From Patescibacteria group bacterium (GTDB taxonomy: Bacteria > Patescibacteriota > Minisyncoccia > Phycocordibacterales > UBA1550), in contig JBBUDU010000002.1 of the NCBI GenBank assembly GCA_038057125.1, positions 687-64,686 on the forward strand: a DNA stretch of 64,000 nucleotides, read 5' to 3'. The translations under genes and the position numbers were made by a program. The notes below the pieces were generated by a model, which was not told the DNA's origin, did not search any database, and was given only the letters and a program-made list of their open reading frames with translations. Shown one piece after another: positions 47,671 to 57,313 of the stretch. Position 1 is the stretch's first letter. Every line of letters begins with the position of its first letter.

Positions 47671-48243
47671 GAAAAATTGTTTAGTATCGCTTTCTTTAAT
47701 TAAATAAAAGCAGTGTGCTCACTCTTATAATGACAAACGAGGAGCGCGTGGACAAGTAGTCTCGTACACAGCGTCCGAGTGATGTCATTATATGTACTCA
47801 TATATTAGCTCCTCGGCTCGGAAATGACAAGAGTACTTTTCATTTCTCTCACTCTACGTCGCTAATCACTATCTGGCATTTGCCGCAAGAGCTTCCAGAA
47901 TCTTTAGTTTCTCTGCTGTGGAGGTGGCTCCGTCTATTGGGACTTTTTTAGAAAGATTGCTCAAAATACGCATTTTTTCAACTTGGGATGTTGTGTCTTT
48001 GGGGATCGCTTGCGATAGGTCTGTCAAAATCTTCATTCTTTCTTCATGCGTGTAAACTCTCTTTGTTGCAATAGCGGTTTTTGTCTCTGCCGGTTTCGGC
48101 ATATACCACTTTTTTACAAAAAGAACTCCGACAACAACCAAAACTGCGACTAGCGCGATTATTAAAAACTTTTTCTTGCTTTCATTTTGTGTTGTTTCTT
48201 CTGTATCCACATATCAAGTATACCCTTGCATATGCTTTTTGTA
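47629..48243. repeat. About 610-bp direct repeat, copy 2 (family A 47726-47792, family B 47804-47866)
   Basis: Matches 43053-43664. Confidence 0.9.
47869..48210 (-). CDS. Small membrane-anchored repeat protein, paralog 2
   Basis: Close paralog of 43293-43631. Confidence 0.85.
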   Translation of the reverse strand: MDTEETTQNESKKKFLIIALVAVLVVVGVLFVKKWYMPKPAETKTAIATKRVYTHEERMKILTDLSQAIPKDTTSQVEKMRILSNLSKKVPIDGATSTAEKLKILEALAANAR

Positions 48244-48268
48244 TACCCCCGCGCCTCACATTTGAATT

Positions 48269-48892
48269 TCAACTGACAAGCGGATCTTTCTTGAGTATTT
48301 TTTTAAAAAAGAACATTACACCCAAAAAAGAAACGCAAGCTACCAAAAAGTTTTCACCGTAGTAATACAGAAGATTCATTAATGGGCTTTCTACAACACC
48401 GCTCTTAAGGAACCCGCATCTCCTGAATACACAATTTGTATTCATGCTACTATCGGTAAAAATATATGTTGCTGGCGCAAGGAAAAGAAAATAAATAAAC
48501 ACCATAAATGGAAAGGATTTTCTTGAAAAACCAAGAACATATGTTCCATAAAATGCTATCGGGATTAGAATCGTGTGGAGGAATATCGTGGAAAAAACAA
48601 TAAGCATATTTTTTTCATAAAAAACCCATTGAGAAAAACCTATGCTATCCCCGCCAAAAAGGACACGAATGAAATCAAAAACCCATGGGGCTTCCAACGG
48701 AATAGCGGTAAAAAGTACGGCATTTACAATATAATTCCTCTTTGTGAGAATCCCTATAGCCCCGAGAATCGCCGAAAAATTGGAATACCAAAAAAGTACT
48801 CTCCATCCTTCTGTTCCAAGATGCGCATAAATATTCAAAAGACCCGCAAAAAGAAGCACTGCTCCTGCGATGTTTAGATAAGACCTTTTCAT
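48269..48892 (-). CDS. Hypothetical multi-pass membrane protein
   Basis: About six hydrophobic helices; LFWYSN, FLH, MNTNC motifs. Confidence 0.7.
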   Translation of the reverse strand: MKRSYLNIAGAVLLFAGLLNIYAHLGTEGWRVLFWYSNFSAILGAIGILTKRNYIVNAVLFTAIPLEAPWVFDFIRVLFGGDSIGFSQWVFYEKNMLIVFSTIFLHTILIPIAFYGTYVLGFSRKSFPFMVFIYFLFLAPATYIFTDSSMNTNCVFRRCGFLKSGVVESPLMNLLYYYGENFLVACVSFLGVMFFFKKILKKDPLVS

Positions 48893-48930
48893 AGAAAAAG
48901 CGGATTTATAAAGACCGAGCGGAAGGAAAA

Positions 48931-49617
48931 TTAATACGCCAAAACTCTGGTAATGGTCGCATAACAGGTAGTTGAGGTCACATTGCCACCAGTGCAATTA
49001 CCGTAGATATCACAAACAAGTGGTTCTTCAGAAGTTGCGGTACAAGACTCTGTGGGAGTGTTAGAAAAAGTATGACTACCTGTATTGCATGGAGTCCTAG
49101 TCGGTGGTGGATATACCCATCCACCTACTGGTTCGTTAGTATCCTGACAATATACATTTTGGGTCTCGCTCCAATTCTGGTACTGCGTCCACCCAGAAGG
49201 GATTGTGGAGGGGATGTTGCAGGTATTTTTGTTGCCACCTATTGGGGACAATGTCCCACCTGCGAGAATACAATCTTGGAATGTGTGTATTGCGTAAATA
49301 AGAAACCCTCCTGCTGGGGTGGTGGTAGCATTTACACTGCTCAAGCATACAGCGCTACCGGTAACACTAGTACAAACATCATTCGTCGAGCCAATAGGTC
49401 CTGCTATAGTAAGCGTCGCCGATGATGTAGCAGAGCCTATCGTAAGCGCTCCTCTTTTTGTCTGTGCCGTAGGACCCTCGTTTATTGGTTCTTCCGCATT
49501 TAGAGCCGGAGGATTTGCCGAGGGTGCCGTCGTCCACGCAAGAGCATAGCTCAAACCAAATGAGAGCACGACTGCAAGAGCGGAAACCTTTAGGGCGTTT
49601 AGTAGTTGAGTTCTCAT
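48931..49617 (-). CDS. Secreted Cys-rich protein, paralog 3
   Basis: Same scaffold as 42399 and 46978. Confidence 0.85.
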   Translation of the reverse strand: MRTQLLNALKVSALAVVLSFGLSYALAWTTAPSANPPALNAEEPINEGPTAQTKRGALTIGSATSSATLTIAGPIGSTNDVCTSVTGSAVCLSSVNATTTPAGGFLIYAIHTFQDCILAGGTLSPIGGNKNTCNIPSTIPSGWTQYQNWSETQNVYCQDTNEPVGGWVYPPPTRTPCNTGSHTFSNTPTESCTATSEEPLVCDIYGNCTGGNVTSTTCYATITRVLAY

Positions 49618-49843
49618 GTTGGTTTAAATAAACTTTCGTAATTAAAACTATTAATCACTTTCAGTATACCACGAGAAATTGATAAAAAACACAAGTGTTG
49701 TGGAAAACTCATAATTGGAGCAGTTGAAACAGGAGTAGTTAAAATACTGTTTACCTTTCCCCCTATCATCTATTTCAAGTCATGACTACGGATAGATAAT
49801 AGTATGAAGTTTCGTTCTTCACATAAAACAGAACGGAAGACCC

Positions 49844-49909
49844 TCCACTAAAAACCAAAACAGCAATAGTACGCTATAGCGTACTATTGCTGTTTTGGTT
49901 TTTAGTGGA
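49844..49909. repeat. Solo family C palindrome with inverted flanks (66-bp perfect palindrome)
   Basis: Core CAGCAATAGTACGCTATAGCGTACTATTGCTG 49861-49892. Confidence 0.85.
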
Positions 49910-49964
49910 AAAGTTTTAATACCAGCCCGTTTGGGGACTTTGCAGAACAAAAAAGTTACTACGC

Positions 49965-50741
49965 CTACTCCCTCTTTGTCAAAACCTCCGGCGCGCCGTC
50001 TGTGATAAGAATGGTGTGCTCAAAATGCGCAGAGCGTTTACCGTCCTTGGTGGCGTATGTATGGCCGTCAGGCATTAGCTTGATATACCTTGTACCCTCG
50101 TTCACTATAGGCTCAAGAGCGAGTACCATTCCTTGCTTCAAGCGCATACCCTGCCCCCTGTCGCCGTAATTTGAAATGTGTGGGTCTTCGTGCTGATGAT
50201 ATCCTACTCCGTGTCCGCCAAGCTCCTCCACAACCACAAAACCATGCTCTTTCACATATTTTTCGATAGCGTAGCCAATGTCGCCTACAGTATTGCCCGC
50301 ACGTGCCGTCGCAATGCCTACAGTGAGTGCGCCGTCGGTCACCGCAATTATTTTTTTTGCGGTATCATCTATTTGTCCCACGGGAACAGTGAGTGCTGAG
50401 TCCGTAAAAAACCCTTTATGCTTAACGCCGGTGTCAATCCCGACAATGTCGCCTTCTTTAAGCACTCGGTCGCCACCAATACCGTGCACGATTTCATCAT
50501 TTACCGAAATACAGAGAGTACCGGGATATGCGTGAGGCGACCCTTCCGGAGTATAGTTTAGAAATGCTGGCTCATCGCCATCATCGCGCATCAGCTTTTC
50601 CGCGAGCTGGTCGAGTTCACGGGTGGTGACACCGGGTTTAATGGCATCCCGCAAAGTAGACAAAATACGCGCGAGGCGCTTGCCACCTTCGCGAATAATC
50701 GCAATTTCTTCTTTAGTTTTTATAAATCCTTGTTTTGGCAT
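49965..50741 (-). CDS. map: Methionine aminopeptidase type I
   Basis: CISVNDEIVHGI, GHGVG..HEDP, SAHFEHT. Confidence 0.96.
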   Translation of the reverse strand: MPKQGFIKTKEEIAIIREGGKRLARILSTLRDAIKPGVTTRELDQLAEKLMRDDGDEPAFLNYTPEGSPHAYPGTLCISVNDEIVHGIGGDRVLKEGDIVGIDTGVKHKGFFTDSALTVPVGQIDDTAKKIIAVTDGALTVGIATARAGNTVGDIGYAIEKYVKEHGFVVVEELGGHGVGYHQHEDPHISNYGDRGQGMRLKQGMVLALEPIVNEGTRYIKLMPDGHTYATKDGKRSAHFEHTILITDGAPEVLTKRE

Positions 50742-50807
50742 ATTTTACAAATATTACAACACACTTTTTATTTCCATAGGCAATTCCTATGGAAACTATG
50801 GAGATAA

Positions 50808-51401
50808 CTATATTCCCATGCCTTTTTTCACATCGCTAAATACTTGCTCGGGTGTTTGCTCGCCGTTTATTTCAAGGAAACGATACGTAGGGCTTTTTCG
50901 ATAATAATCGATTGCGGGAACTACATCTTTGGTAAAAAAGGCGAGTCTGCTTGCCACAACTTCCGGATCGAGGTCGTCCGCGCGTCCACGCCCTCGCAAG
51001 CGATCTTCCGCCCACCCTTGTGACACATTCAAAAAAATGACCGCGGAATCTTTGCGTTTATAAAACGGAAACGCCGTATCAAGAATCTTTGCTTCATTGA
51101 GCGACCTTGGTGTACCGTCAAAGACAATGTGCTCGCCTCCGCGAATCTTTTCTGTAAACAAGTGCGACCAAATCCACACAGCGAGAAAGTCCGGCTGGCG
51201 ACCGCCTACGTCGTTCACTTTTCGCGCAAGATCCCATGTATACCCCGAATCTTTTACATGCCGACGAAAATGATCCCCCGTTTCAATGTAGAGAATAGGG
51301 ACTTTAGGGTCTTGCTCAACTAAGAGCTTTTGAAGCATTCCCGACTGCATCCCCTTTCCTGCACCGGAGCGTCCGATAAAGATGACTGTTTGCAAATCCA
51401 T
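50808..51401 (-). CDS. adk: Adenylate kinase family protein
   Basis: GRSGAGKG P-loop, FDGTPRS, RGRADD; between secY and map. Confidence 0.85.
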   Translation of the reverse strand: MDLQTVIFIGRSGAGKGMQSGMLQKLLVEQDPKVPILYIETGDHFRRHVKDSGYTWDLARKVNDVGGRQPDFLAVWIWSHLFTEKIRGGEHIVFDGTPRSLNEAKILDTAFPFYKRKDSAVIFLNVSQGWAEDRLRGRGRADDLDPEVVASRLAFFTKDVVPAIDYYRKSPTYRFLEINGEQTPEQVFSDVKKGMGI

Positions 51402-51600
51402 TTTGTCAGTGTAACAAGAAACGAGCGAAAACAAAAACTCCCCCCGGTGTACCTATTTTGTCCTATCGGCGTAAATAGGTACACTGGGAAATTTGTTGAT
51501 TTATAAAAAAATAGCGTTAAAATAAAGCGGGGGTTGCGCTACGCGCAACCCCCGCTTTATTTTCTACTTTTCACTTTTCACTTTCGAATTGCGCGAAGTG

Positions 51601-52872
51601 CTAATACTCCCTCATCGTTATCTGCGCGTCAACTTTTTTCACAAGGTCAAGAACAACGGAAACGATAATAAGAAGTGCTGTACCGCCAATAGCGAGGCTC
51701 GCCACATTGGTCAAGTTTTGCATGATGAGCGGTAACACGGCAATCGCTCCAAGGAACACTGCGCCCACAAGCGTAATGCGCGTTAATATTTTTGAAAGAT
51801 ATGCTGCTGTTGGGGGGCCGGGGCGGATGCCGGGAATGAACGCGCCGTTTTTTTGAAGATTGTTTGAAATTGCTTCTGGGTCAAACGTAACCGCAGTGTA
51901 GAAAAATGTAAACACGAAAACAAGAAAAAAGTAGAGTGCGCCGTTTATCCAGCCGTTTGCAAGCACTTTTTGAATAAAAATAGCTACCGACTGGATCGTG
52001 CCGCTACCCATCGTCGAGAGAGCATTTGCAACAACGGTTGGAAAAACCAAAATGGAGAGAGCGAAAATAATCGGAATCACTCCTGCCTGATTAACACGAA
52101 GAGGAAGGTATGTCGTTGTGCCACCGGTCGAGCGACCTCCGCGAACTTGCTTTGCGTAGGTAACGGGAACAGGACGCTCGGCTTCTGTCATAAACACAAC
52201 GGCAATAATAAGAAGTATCGTTGAGACAATCGCCGCAATGAAAATTGGAATCTGTGATACATCGAAAGTGAACAAAAGCTGTCCGATTGTTGACGGAATC
52301 ATTGAAACGATACCGGCAAAAATAATGAGTGAGACACCATTGCCGATTCCAAACTCTGAAATGAGCTCTCCAATCCACATAAGAAGCATCGAACCTGCCG
52401 CCACGATAATCGTATTTGTAAAAATCTCGAAAGGGGTAAGGCCGACGAGAACCCCCTGCTGGGTCAAATATGCTATAAGTCCATAGCCTTGCATCAAAGC
52501 GAGAGGGACAGAAAGAAAGCGCGAGTACTGAGTCATCTTGCGACGACCAATCTCTCCCTCTTCAGTCTGCATCGCTTTAATCTTTGGCGACATCATCGTC
52601 AAAAGCTGCATAATAATCGACGCTGTAATGTATGGACCGACACCAAGCATCACGATAGAAACAGCAGAGAGACCACCGCCTGTAAGGAGATTCAAAAAGC
52701 CAAGCGCTTGGTCGTTTGCGAGAAGCGCTCCGATGTTTTGCCCAGCCGCCGCAGGAATAGGGATATTCGCGAGTAAACGAAACAACACCAGAGCGGCAAG
52801 CACAAAAAGAACCCGACGGCGAAGCACGCTGTCATCTACGATCATTTTTAGTTTGCGGACAAGTGTTTCCAT
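51601..52872 (-). CDS. secY: Preprotein translocase SecY
   Basis: LGVGPYITASII, GIGNGVSLIIFAGI, FIPGIRPG. Confidence 0.97.
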   Translation of the reverse strand: METLVRKLKMIVDDSVLRRRVLFVLAALVLFRLLANIPIPAAAGQNIGALLANDQALGFLNLLTGGGLSAVSIVMLGVGPYITASIIMQLLTMMSPKIKAMQTEEGEIGRRKMTQYSRFLSVPLALMQGYGLIAYLTQQGVLVGLTPFEIFTNTIIVAAGSMLLMWIGELISEFGIGNGVSLIIFAGIVSMIPSTIGQLLFTFDVSQIPIFIAAIVSTILLIIAVVFMTEAERPVPVTYAKQVRGGRSTGGTTTYLPLRVNQAGVIPIIFALSILVFPTVVANALSTMGSGTIQSVAIFIQKVLANGWINGALYFFLVFVFTFFYTAVTFDPEAISNNLQKNGAFIPGIRPGPPTAAYLSKILTRITLVGAVFLGAIAVLPLIMQNLTNVASLAIGGTALLIIVSVVLDLVKKVDAQITMREY

Positions 52873-52879
52873 ATGATAA

Positions 52880-53326
52880 TTATTTTACCGTGCCTCCGAG
52901 TTTTTCAATAGCCGCCTTCGCAGATCCTGAAACAGCGCATCCGCGGATGTCGAGTTTTTTGTCGAGAACGCCTGTGCCGAGAATTTTTATGATAGGAACC
53001 TTGTTACCTTTTTTCTCAATAAGAGCATGTTCGAGAAGCACTTTTGGCGTAACACGATCTCCTGACTTAAATTCAAGACTCAAAATGCCGATATTCAAAA
53101 CAACAAAGTGAACGGCTTCTGTCTTCCATTGATTGCGTGACACACCTTCTCCGCGAAGCTTTGGGAGCTTCTTTATAGTATCACGCATTTGAGGGCGTTT
53201 TTTGTGTCCGGCGCGCGCGTCTTGACCTTTGGTTCCACGACCAGAAGTCTTGCCTCGCTTGCCACCGCGACCGACAACTTTCTTTGTCGCTCGAGGCATT
53301 CTTGTTTTTACTTCGTGTGCTTGCAT
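52880..53326 (-). CDS. rplO: 50S ribosomal protein L15
   Basis: GRGGKRGKTSGRGTKGQ; operon position. Confidence 0.95.
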   Translation of the reverse strand: MQAHEVKTRMPRATKKVVGRGGKRGKTSGRGTKGQDARAGHKKRPQMRDTIKKLPKLRGEGVSRNQWKTEAVHFVVLNIGILSLEFKSGDRVTPKVLLEHALIEKKGNKVPIIKILGTGVLDKKLDIRGCAVSGSAKAAIEKLGGTVK

Positions 53327-53340
53327 AATAGTATTTTAAA

Positions 53341-54021
53341 TTAGCTCGTTGACTCTGCGTTTGAAGCGCGACTTGTCCACTTACCGCGAAGCTGGCTCAA
53401 GGCCTTTACAGCGGCGCGAGCATTGTTCAGTTTGTTTTTTGAACCGGAAAGAATTTTTGCGCGCACATTCTTGATGCCAGCAAGCTCGAGGACATTACGC
53501 ACGGAGCTTCCGGCAACCATACCACGGCCCTTTGCCGGCATAATCATAACCATTGCTGAAGATTCTTTTGCCGAAACCGCATGTGGAATCATCATTCCGC
53601 TATCGAGGCGAACTTTGATCATATTCTTTTTGGCATTTTTTGTTGCCTTTTCAATTGCGGCTGCAGTGTCAGCGGCCTTGCCGATACCAACGCCCACAGA
53701 ACCCTTGCGATTTCCCGCAACAAGCGCGACAGAAAATGAGAAACGACGACCGCCGGCGATCACACGAGTCACACGACGAATCTGTATGAGTTTATTATCA
53801 AACTCTGGCTTGATACGTTCGAACCCTGCGCCACGGCCACCGCGTGATGAACCGCCCTTGCGAGCGCCTGCACCACTGCGACCAGCAGGTGCACCACGGC
53901 GAGCCTCTCCTCCGCGTGAGCCAAATGTTGGACGCGTGGACGGAGTGCGTGGAGCGACCATCGCTACCGGCACATTCGCCTCTGTCTTTTCGTTCTTTTC
54001 GTTTACAATGTTTTCTGTCAT
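53341..54021 (-). CDS. rpsE: 30S ribosomal protein S5
   Basis: RRVTRVIAGGRRFSFS. Confidence 0.96.
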   Translation of the reverse strand: MTENIVNEKNEKTEANVPVAMVAPRTPSTRPTFGSRGGEARRGAPAGRSGAGARKGGSSRGGRGAGFERIKPEFDNKLIQIRRVTRVIAGGRRFSFSVALVAGNRKGSVGVGIGKAADTAAAIEKATKNAKKNMIKVRLDSGMMIPHAVSAKESSAMVMIMPAKGRGMVAGSSVRNVLELAGIKNVRAKILSGSKNKLNNARAAVKALSQLRGKWTSRASNAESTS

Positions 54022-54036
54022 AAAAATATAAAATAT

Positions 54037-54399
54037 CTAAAATACCAACCCGCCCTCGCGCGCGCCCTCGGCAAATGCGCGCACACGACCAGTGTAGATA
54101 AATCCGCCACGGTCGAATACAACCGCTGAAAGACCTTTCGCCTTTGCGCTCTTTGCAAGAGCCACTCCTGCAAGCCTAGCACGCTCAGTTTTTGTCTTCG
54201 CTTTCTTGTCTTTTGGCTGTCCCATGTCTGACACAGCAGAAAGTGTAACTCCCTTTGTGTCATCGATGATTTGCGCGTAAATGTAACTGTTTGACTTGAA
54301 AATAGCGAGACGTGGGCAGATAGAAGTACCCGAAACCTTCGCGCGGATACGTTTGTGCCTTCTGATGCGCTGTTCGCTTTTTGTTAATTTTATAGTCAT
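54037..54399 (-). CDS. rplR: 50S ribosomal protein L18
   Basis: [16 protein letters not shown]. Confidence 0.96.
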   Translation of the reverse strand: MTIKLTKSEQRIRRHKRIRAKVSGTSICPRLAIFKSNSYIYAQIIDDTKGVTLSAVSDMGQPKDKKAKTKTERARLAGVALAKSAKAKGLSAVVFDRGGFIYTGRVRAFAEGAREGGLVF

Positions 54400-54415
54400 G
54401 ATCGTTTAATTAAAG

Positions 54416-54949
54416 CTATGCGGACTTCTTACCCTGCTTGCGACGAACGACCTCCGACCCATAACGAATACCTTTACCCTTGTAAGGCTCCGGCTTCTTT
54501 TTTGCGCGCACTTGTGCGGCAAACTGACCGATGGATTCTTTGTTGATTGATGACAAAGTAAGAGTGTTTTTTTCTACCAACACTTTCACATCCTTTGGAA
54601 TTTCCATAGGAACCTTGTGTGAGAAACCGAGACTAAACACGAGCGTATTGCCCTGCGTCTCCACCTTGTAACCAACGCCTTCAATAATAAGCTTTTTCTC
54701 AAAGGCTTTGTTCACACCAATAACCATATTCACCAAGTGTGATGCGTAAGTGCCCCAAAGAGCCCTTGCTTCTTTTGAACTATTTTTGGGGGTAAATACC
54801 ATTGTCGCGCCATCAACTTTGATGTCCACAGGACCATTGAAGTCACGGGTGAGCTCGCCCAATGGGCCCTTCACGGTAATTACCGTACCGTTTTGAGTGA
54901 CGGTTGTGCCCGCGGGAATCGTTACGCCTTTTTTTCCAATTCTTGACAT
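54416..54949 (-). CDS. rplF: 50S ribosomal protein L6
   Basis: MSRIGK, PEPYKGKGIRY. Confidence 0.97.
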   Translation of the reverse strand: MSRIGKKGVTIPAGTTVTQNGTVITVKGPLGELTRDFNGPVDIKVDGATMVFTPKNSSKEARALWGTYASHLVNMVIGVNKAFEKKLIIEGVGYKVETQGNTLVFSLGFSHKVPMEIPKDVKVLVEKNTLTLSSINKESIGQFAAQVRAKKKPEPYKGKGIRYGSEVVRRKQGKKSA

Positions 54950-54967
54950 ATAATAAATATTAAATCA

Positions 54968-55357
54968 TTACCAAATCTTAAAAAGTGCCTCACCACCAAC
55001 TCGACCTTTCCTTGCTTCGTCTCCGGTCATAATCCCCTTTGGTGTAGAAATAATCACCAAACCGTAACCGTTCCTAATTTGCTTAATCTCATCCGCCTTT
55101 AGGTAGAAACGGCGAGAAGGCTTTGACATACGCAAAATCTCAGACACGCGAGGCGACTTGCCCTCGTACGCAATACCAATCTCAAGAGTCTTTCCTACTT
55201 TCTTGCCTTTTTTTGCATACGAAGCAATGTAGCCCTGCGCAAAAAGAACCTTGGCGATATTTTCTTTCAACTGAGAAAAAGGCATCTCGGCAATGTCCTT
55301 GCCGGCTGTACCTCCATTCTTGATGCGAATAAGCATGTCTGCGATTGGGTCGTGCAT
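54968..55357 (-). CDS. rpsH: 30S ribosomal protein S8
   Basis: DPIADMLIRIKN, ISTPKGIMT..VGGE. Confidence 0.97.
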   Translation of the reverse strand: MHDPIADMLIRIKNGGTAGKDIAEMPFSQLKENIAKVLFAQGYIASYAKKGKKVGKTLEIGIAYEGKSPRVSEILRMSKPSRRFYLKADEIKQIRNGYGLVIISTPKGIMTGDEARKGRVGGEALFKIW

Positions 55358-55369
55358 AAAAATAGTGAA

Positions 55370-55555
55370 TTACCAAGAAGACTTCTTAACTCCGGGAATC
55401 TTGCCGTCGTTTGCAAGCTCGCGGAAACAAATACGGCAAAGATCAAAATCGCGCATATAGCCACGGCGACGACCGCAGTTGAAACAGCGGCGCACAATAC
55501 GCGAGCTAAACTTGGGCTTCTTTTGGGAGCGGACGATTGTTGATGTTTTTGCCAT
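55370..55555 (-). CDS. rpsN: 30S ribosomal protein S14 (Zn-binding type Z)
   Basis: 61 aa, CFNCG...[15 protein letters not shown]. Confidence 0.96.
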   Translation of the reverse strand: MAKTSTIVRSQKKPKFSSRIVRRCFNCGRRRGYMRDFDLCRICFRELANDGKIPGVKKSSW

Positions 55556-55901
55556 GTTAGTTTTTCTTATGAGCCATGCGAATTAGAAAACCTTACATCC
55601 AGCACTTATTTTGAAAAGGTTTTCAAAATAAGTGCTGGATTCGTAATTCAATGTCGCTTCGCTCGTTGTCTTACGAATTTTTGCCAATATCACACGCAGG
55701 TTCTTTTGAAGGCTGCCTTGAACGGAAGCTTGCAAAAGAGTGTGCGTGGATTGCTCAAAAAACCCGTACGAGCATCCTATCATACGGGGAAATAATGTCA
55801 ATCACTGTTAATTGATTTATTGTTTTTAGCATTGACAAAAATAACATAATATGCTAGCATGTTAGGTAGATAACTAATACCATAAACATGGAGGAGGGAT
55901 T

Positions 55902-56255
55902 ATGCCCGCACCACAGTTTGGAATCGCACGCAAAAAGAAAGATAAAGATACTATCTCAACGATCGCCACAGTTGTAGTGGTTAAACACACCGAGATTCCT
56001 ACCCATCGCAAAGTAGATATGTTTCTTCAATTGGCGGCGGATGGGAAAGATTTCCCGTCACTCCATGTGTTCGCCGAGGCGAATGGAATCGGTCATGTGG
56101 GTGTCGTGAAGCAAAAACTTTACGACACCCAAAAAAAAGAGAAGGAAAAATACAAAAAGGAGAAGCGCGTGCGGCACGAGCAAAATCTCGCCATGCGCGC
56201 GGCCACACAGAGTGCCTCCGCAAAGAAACACGACAGTGGCAAAAAGAAAAATTAG
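55902..56255 (+). CDS. Lys-rich hypothetical protein inserted in the spc operon
   Basis: TTGACA-17-TAGCAT promoter, GGAGGAGG SD, terminator hairpin after the stop. Confidence 0.7.
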   Translation: MPAPQFGIARKKKDKDTISTIATVVVVKHTEIPTHRKVDMFLQLAADGKDFPSLHVFAEANGIGHVGVVKQKLYDTQKKEKEKYKKEKRVRHEQNLAMRAATQSASAKKHDSGKKKN

Positions 56256-56394
56256 CTACAATACAACACCGCACGTCCAAAACAGACGCGCGGTGTATTT
56301 TTTTTAGATGTAACAAAAAAGGCGCTTTTTAAAGGCGCCTATTTAGAAGAAGTTTTTTGTTTAATTGTTTTGTTGAAAATGCCTTTGGCTCCCT

Positions 56395-56616
56395 TTATTC
56401 CGGAAGCAAGACAAGCCCTCCATAGGGAGAGACGCAAGGTTGACCGAATCTGTGTTCCGTCCCATCACATCCGCAAGTGTGTGGCACGGAAACCGGAGCA
56501 CCTCCAATCGATACCATCTCCGCTCCTGACCCATCGTCAAGAGAATCGAGTATTGGTACACCACCGCTTTTTGGCACACCATGGTTAATGGTTTTGTGAC
56601 CTTGTTTTTGTGACAT
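56395..56616 (-). CDS. Small His/Cys-containing hypothetical protein
   Basis: AGGAGAAGG SD; 73 aa with HTCGCDGTEH...C. Confidence 0.55.
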   Translation of the reverse strand: MSQKQGHKTINHGVPKSGGVPILDSLDDGSGAEMVSIGGAPVSVPHTCGCDGTEHRFGQPCVSPYGGLVLLPE

Positions 56617-56722
56617 GATCCTTCTCCTAGTTAAAGTACTGTTGAATACGCCCCATGCATACTTCAATTACCTCTTTTATTATGCCACTCCAGCAGAAAA
56701 TTGCAATGCCCAAGAATGCAGT

Positions 56723-57295
56723 TTACGCGAGTGTAGTTTCCTTTTTCATAGGAACTCCAATAACCTCGAAAAAACGAGTTGCCTCTTTTTTGTTTTTCGC
56801 GGTTGTCACAATAGTAATTGCAAAACTAAATAGATCCTTCACTTCTTCATCTGAAACCTCAGGAAAGACTGTTTGCTCTTTTACTCCGAGGGTAACATTC
56901 CCCATTTCATCTATACTCTTTTTCTCATAACCGCGAAAGTCACGAGTTCGTGGAATGGCAACGTTGAAAAACTTGTCGAGAAAGCCAGCCATGCGCGCGC
57001 CACGAAGAGTTACGGCAACACCAATCTTGTCGCCTTCACGAACCTTGAATGCGGCAATGGACTTTTTTGCGGAGCGGAGCGAGGGCTTCTGTCCGGTAAT
57101 CTTTGCAAGGCGTCCCATTATCATTTCGTTTCTGTTTTTATCTTTTGAACGACCTGTTGTTGCAGACACAACAACTTTCACGAGACGAGGAGCTGCGAGC
57201 TTGGACTTGTAGCCAAAATCTTTCTTCATTACCTCGAAGGCGGTTGCCTGCTTTTCGCGGACTGATTTCATTGCTGATTTCGTTTCTGTTTTCAT
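56723..57295 (-). CDS. rplE: 50S ribosomal protein L5
   Basis: ITGQKP, VTLRG, PRTRDFRG. Confidence 0.96.
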   Translation of the reverse strand: MKTETKSAMKSVREKQATAFEVMKKDFGYKSKLAAPRLVKVVVSATTGRSKDKNRNEMIMGRLAKITGQKPSLRSAKKSIAAFKVREGDKIGVAVTLRGARMAGFLDKFFNVAIPRTRDFRGYEKKSIDEMGNVTLGVKEQTVFPEVSDEEVKDLFSFAITIVTTAKNKKEATRFFEVIGVPMKKETTLA

Positions 57296-57313
57296 ATTAT
57301 TAAAAATTAAATA

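Noticed and set aside
43053-48243. Prophage or integrative element bounded by att repeats
   Set aside because: The repeats are diverged gene-containing duplications of about 610 bp; no integrase or phage genes.
42399-49617. DGR or shufflon driving the paralog variation
   Set aside because: No reverse transcriptase, template repeat, recombinase or inverted cassettes in the window; variable loops differ in length rather than only at adenines.
53326-53341. Missing rpmD (L30) between rpsE and rplO
   Set aside because: Real, but an established CPR trait; used only for taxonomy.
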